From assembly GCF_009914755.1 (NCBI RefSeq), contig NC_060931.1: DNA of 64,000 bases; one strand, given 5' to 3'. The notes under the pieces were generated by a model. That model did no database searches and was not told the origin of the DNA. It saw only the letters and a list, made by a program, of their open reading frames with translations. This stretch comes from the human T2T-CHM13v2.0 reference genome, Homo sapiens. Each line of letters opens with the position of its first letter. Position 1 is the first letter of the stretch. Below, one piece after another: positions 60,276 to 64,000 of the stretch. The translations under genes were made by a program, and so were the position numbers.

Positions 60276-61068
60276 CTAAGATGTGCATTTTTCAAAGATC
60301 ATTTAGGCTGCAAGCCAGGACAGCAGACTAGAGAGGACCAGGGGGCATGCTGGTAAGCCAGTTATTGAGCTACTGCAATGATCCAGGCAAGAGATTACTG
60401 CACAGTGGAGGAGATACAGAGATGTGGATGAATTCAAAGCTTTTGGGGAGGTAAAAGCAATAAAATTAGTGATGAGTTGGATGTGAAGGTTTGGGCGCAC
60501 ACTGCTGGTTGCTGCCTAACCAACATCCCCCTCCCACTCTCTTCTCAATTAATAAAGTACCCTCCCTATCCAGTCACTGTCATCCATGTGTATCAGAGAA
60601 ACAGGTTCATTCCAAGTTCAATTCAACCACAGCAATTCCATGCATCTTGCCAACTGCTGGTTTGGGATGGGTGCGTGTCATAATTGTGGAGATGGGATGT
60701 GAGAAGGGGTGGCTGGCAGGCTTCTAGACAGGCATTGTTCTTCTCTTTTACAAAGTGGAGACATGTAGGAACATCCTCACACCTCATTCCTGCCTCTGGA
60801 TGACATCATCTGCAGGTGATCGCTGGAAATGTGGCAGCCATTCTGGCACCATGAGGGAGTCGGCCTGAGGTTCACAGCAACAGGCTGAGTGGGGCAGGGT
60901 AGAAATGTGGACGACACTTGGGCTCTGGTGACACTGCTGAGCCTCCATGGGCTGCTTGACCTCCTGGCTTCATACATGTACTTTCGTCCATTTTCTCCTA
61001 ATTGTTGAAGCCATTTTGAGCTAGGGACTATGTTCCTTACTCCCTAAGCCTATGTTGGCTTCAGCATG

Positions 61069-61461
61069 GTATTGGCCTGCTCAGGTCACCATAACAAAGT
61101 ACCAGAGCTGGGGGGCCTAAACCACAGAGACTTATCACTCACCGTTCTGCAGCTGGAAGTCCAAGATCAAGGTGTCAGGAGGGTTGGTTCCTTCTGAGGC
61201 CCCTCCTTGACTTGCAGACAGCTGTCTTCTCCCTATGTCCTCACGTGGCCGTCCCTCTGTGTGTGTCTGTGTCCTAATCTTCTCTTCTTATAAGGACACC
61301 AGTCATAAGTTTAATATGGGCCTTGTCTAAAGGGCCCACCCCAAGATCCCATGTTACCTTAATGACCTCTTTAGAGGTCACTGGGCCCATCTTCACACAC
61401 AGTCACATTAGGGGTTAGGAATTTCACATGAATTTGGGGCAGACACAATTAAGCCATAACC
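61069..61461 (-). mobile_element. MaLR LTR (MLT1A/B-like)
   Basis: ccataacaaagtacca...gctggaagtccaagatcaaggtgtcag...tcttcttataaggacaccagtcat. Confidence 0.82.
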
Positions 61462-61879
61462 AGCAGTAAGGGGAAATCTCATGTCCACAGGGCAAGACGT
61501 CCACAGGTTGGCTCGTCAGCACTGGTGGCCTCAGCCCCTCAGGCACCTCCTGACTCTGTCTCCACCTCTCTGCAACGTTCTTGGTCTTCCCACAGGGATG
61601 TCAGATGGTGTCCGCGGTTCTAAGCTTCAAACCCTCAGAGCCCTACATCTGGAGGTGTGGAGGATCACTACTGCCCTGTCAACTTCCATTTGTAAGGAAA
61701 ACGTTGCCTGACACCCCCGCAAGCCCCTTCCCGCTCCCATTGGCCAAAGCTGTCCCGCAGCCTGGCCCAGCCCCCGTCCTGGCGTGGAGACGCAATGATG
61801 GTGTTTGGCTGAGGCCAATGGGGCCGCACCCTCAGGGGCTGGGAAGGGCCAGCCAGTCCTCTGCAGCTCTTGGCAAAGC

Positions 61880-62300
61880 TGAACAAAATCAGGGTTCTCT
61901 CAGCAAAGCTACTCCCGGCCCAGAGACCCCAGGACATGCCACGATGCTCAGAGCGCCGGGCAGCGATTCAGGGCGGCAGCCGGCAGGAGGGTGCTGGGCA
62001 GGGGCGCGCGGCCAGCTGGCGCGGAGGCAGATCGAGCCCCGAGGCTCCTCGGGCCGCGCGCCCCAACACAATCTCCACGGCAACCCGTCTGCAGGAGGGA
62101 CTCCCCATTGAGTTTTAACCCAAATTATATTTTCCAGGTCTAAAATCAGAGCCACTGTGGAAGCAAGTACTCATGTTAACAGCTTCGAGATGCTCTGCAT
62201 GTGAGGACCGGCGGGGAAGCAAGACCTCGGAAACAGGATTTTAAATGGAGCAGCAAGCCTCGGCCGCTCAGGGCCCAAACTGCCCTGCGCTGCTATGTTC
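61880..62300. promoter_or_regulatory. Small CpG island upstream of the CNPY1 exons
   Basis: Cluster of gcgcgcg, ggccgcgcg and other CpGs. Confidence 0.6.
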
Positions 62301-62634
62301 CTTTAGAAAACAAGGCAACGCAGGAGGTTGTGGTGTTGGTGCTTGTTTTCAGGGAGAATTCTAGTTTCAGTATAATTCTATTTACCTCCGGTCTTACTCA
62401 GTTACCTTTGACGTGCAGGAGAATGGCCTTTAATCATATGATCAGCAAACACTGTTTCCTCTGGGGGAAATGGGGACAAATCCACAGTTGAGAGATTTTT
62501 TTATCCTAACAGAAAAGGATAGCCTTCTTTTGGTTAGCCTCCAGGTAACCAGAAATCCAATCCATGTCTTATTTATTTATTTATTTATTGAGACAGAGTC
62601 TTGCTCTGTCAACCAGAAATCCAATCCACATCTT

Positions 62635-63324
<690 letters not shown>

Positions 63325-64000
63325 ATGATTATTCTTTTAAAGTTTTTTATGCCAAGTTTCTTGAGTACTAAATTTATCTTCTGTACAATATTTGATAATG
63401 TCAAGAAAAGTCTAGAAAATAGCAAACCAGGTTGCTTATTGTTACCTATTTTCCCAAGGCACCCAGCAGAGCTATTTTTGTGTTGGCTCCTTTCCCCTGG
63501 GTTCTTGCCAGTGAAAGTTCCCATTATGTGATTAAAGAGGCTCAGGGGCAGTCACGTCTACAGTGAGCCGGGGGACCAGGGGCCCTGAAGCAATGACCAC
63601 ACTTTCCTGGGCGCGGCGCTTCCCGCACGCACGGCAGACACCTGCTGAGAATGCCACGGGTGCCATGGTGAAGTCAGGGATAGACTCTCTGGGACAGATA
63701 CTGTTCTTATCAAGCCCACTTAACGGACAGGAGAAACTGAGGCTTACAGCAGATAAGCACAGTGCTTCAGGTTGTCCCTGGCTGCAGAACCAAGATTCAA
63801 AAGCAAGTCTGTCTCCAGAACTCAGTCACCCATCACCCAGGTGCTGTCTGTGCAATAGAGAGGCCCTCAAGCAAGCGCTGATGGGGAGAGAGCTGGAGGG
63901 AGAGTGTGGTCCGAGAGCAGTGTGGAGACGTGTTTCTAAAGCCGGAGCGCCCCGGGCCAAGCTCCGTGCACATCACAGGGCCCCTCATTACCAACCAGGA

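Noticed and set aside
62500-62550. Minus-strand peptide YLEANQKKAILFC* resembling a canopy post-signal segment
   Set aside because: Ends in a stop with no splice donor; the similarity is too short to support.

Overview
Primate, almost certainly human, genomic DNA containing the CNPY1 (canopy FGF signalling regulator 1) locus on the minus strand; from established knowledge this is 7q36.3, next to EN2. Four canopy/saposin-like coding exons can be read directly with canonical GT-AG boundaries and consistent phases: 52539-52427, 15687-15484, 13715-13619 and 9713-9676. They end in an HTEL ER-retrieval motif. I could not find the ancestral signal-peptide/first-Cys exon. Two candidate substitute first exons are visible. 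One lies inside an AluJ and supplies an in-frame ATG and a phase-compatible donor (53067-53025). The other is a non-coding exon at an intronic CpG island (~40441-40356) that would give the short 92-aa product. The first ~21 kb has no recognisable Alu and carries an intronic CpG island and TAAT-rich blocks, consistent with a developmental regulatory landscape. The remaining 43 kb holds about 18 Alus plus MLT1/ERV LTRs and MER DNA transposons. Almost all ORFs in the supplied track are spurious. There is no prokaryotic, CRISPR, tRNA or rRNA content, and I found no wholly new multi-gene system. The most interesting signal is a gene that seems to have lost its N-terminus and may be re-acquiring a start from an Alu.
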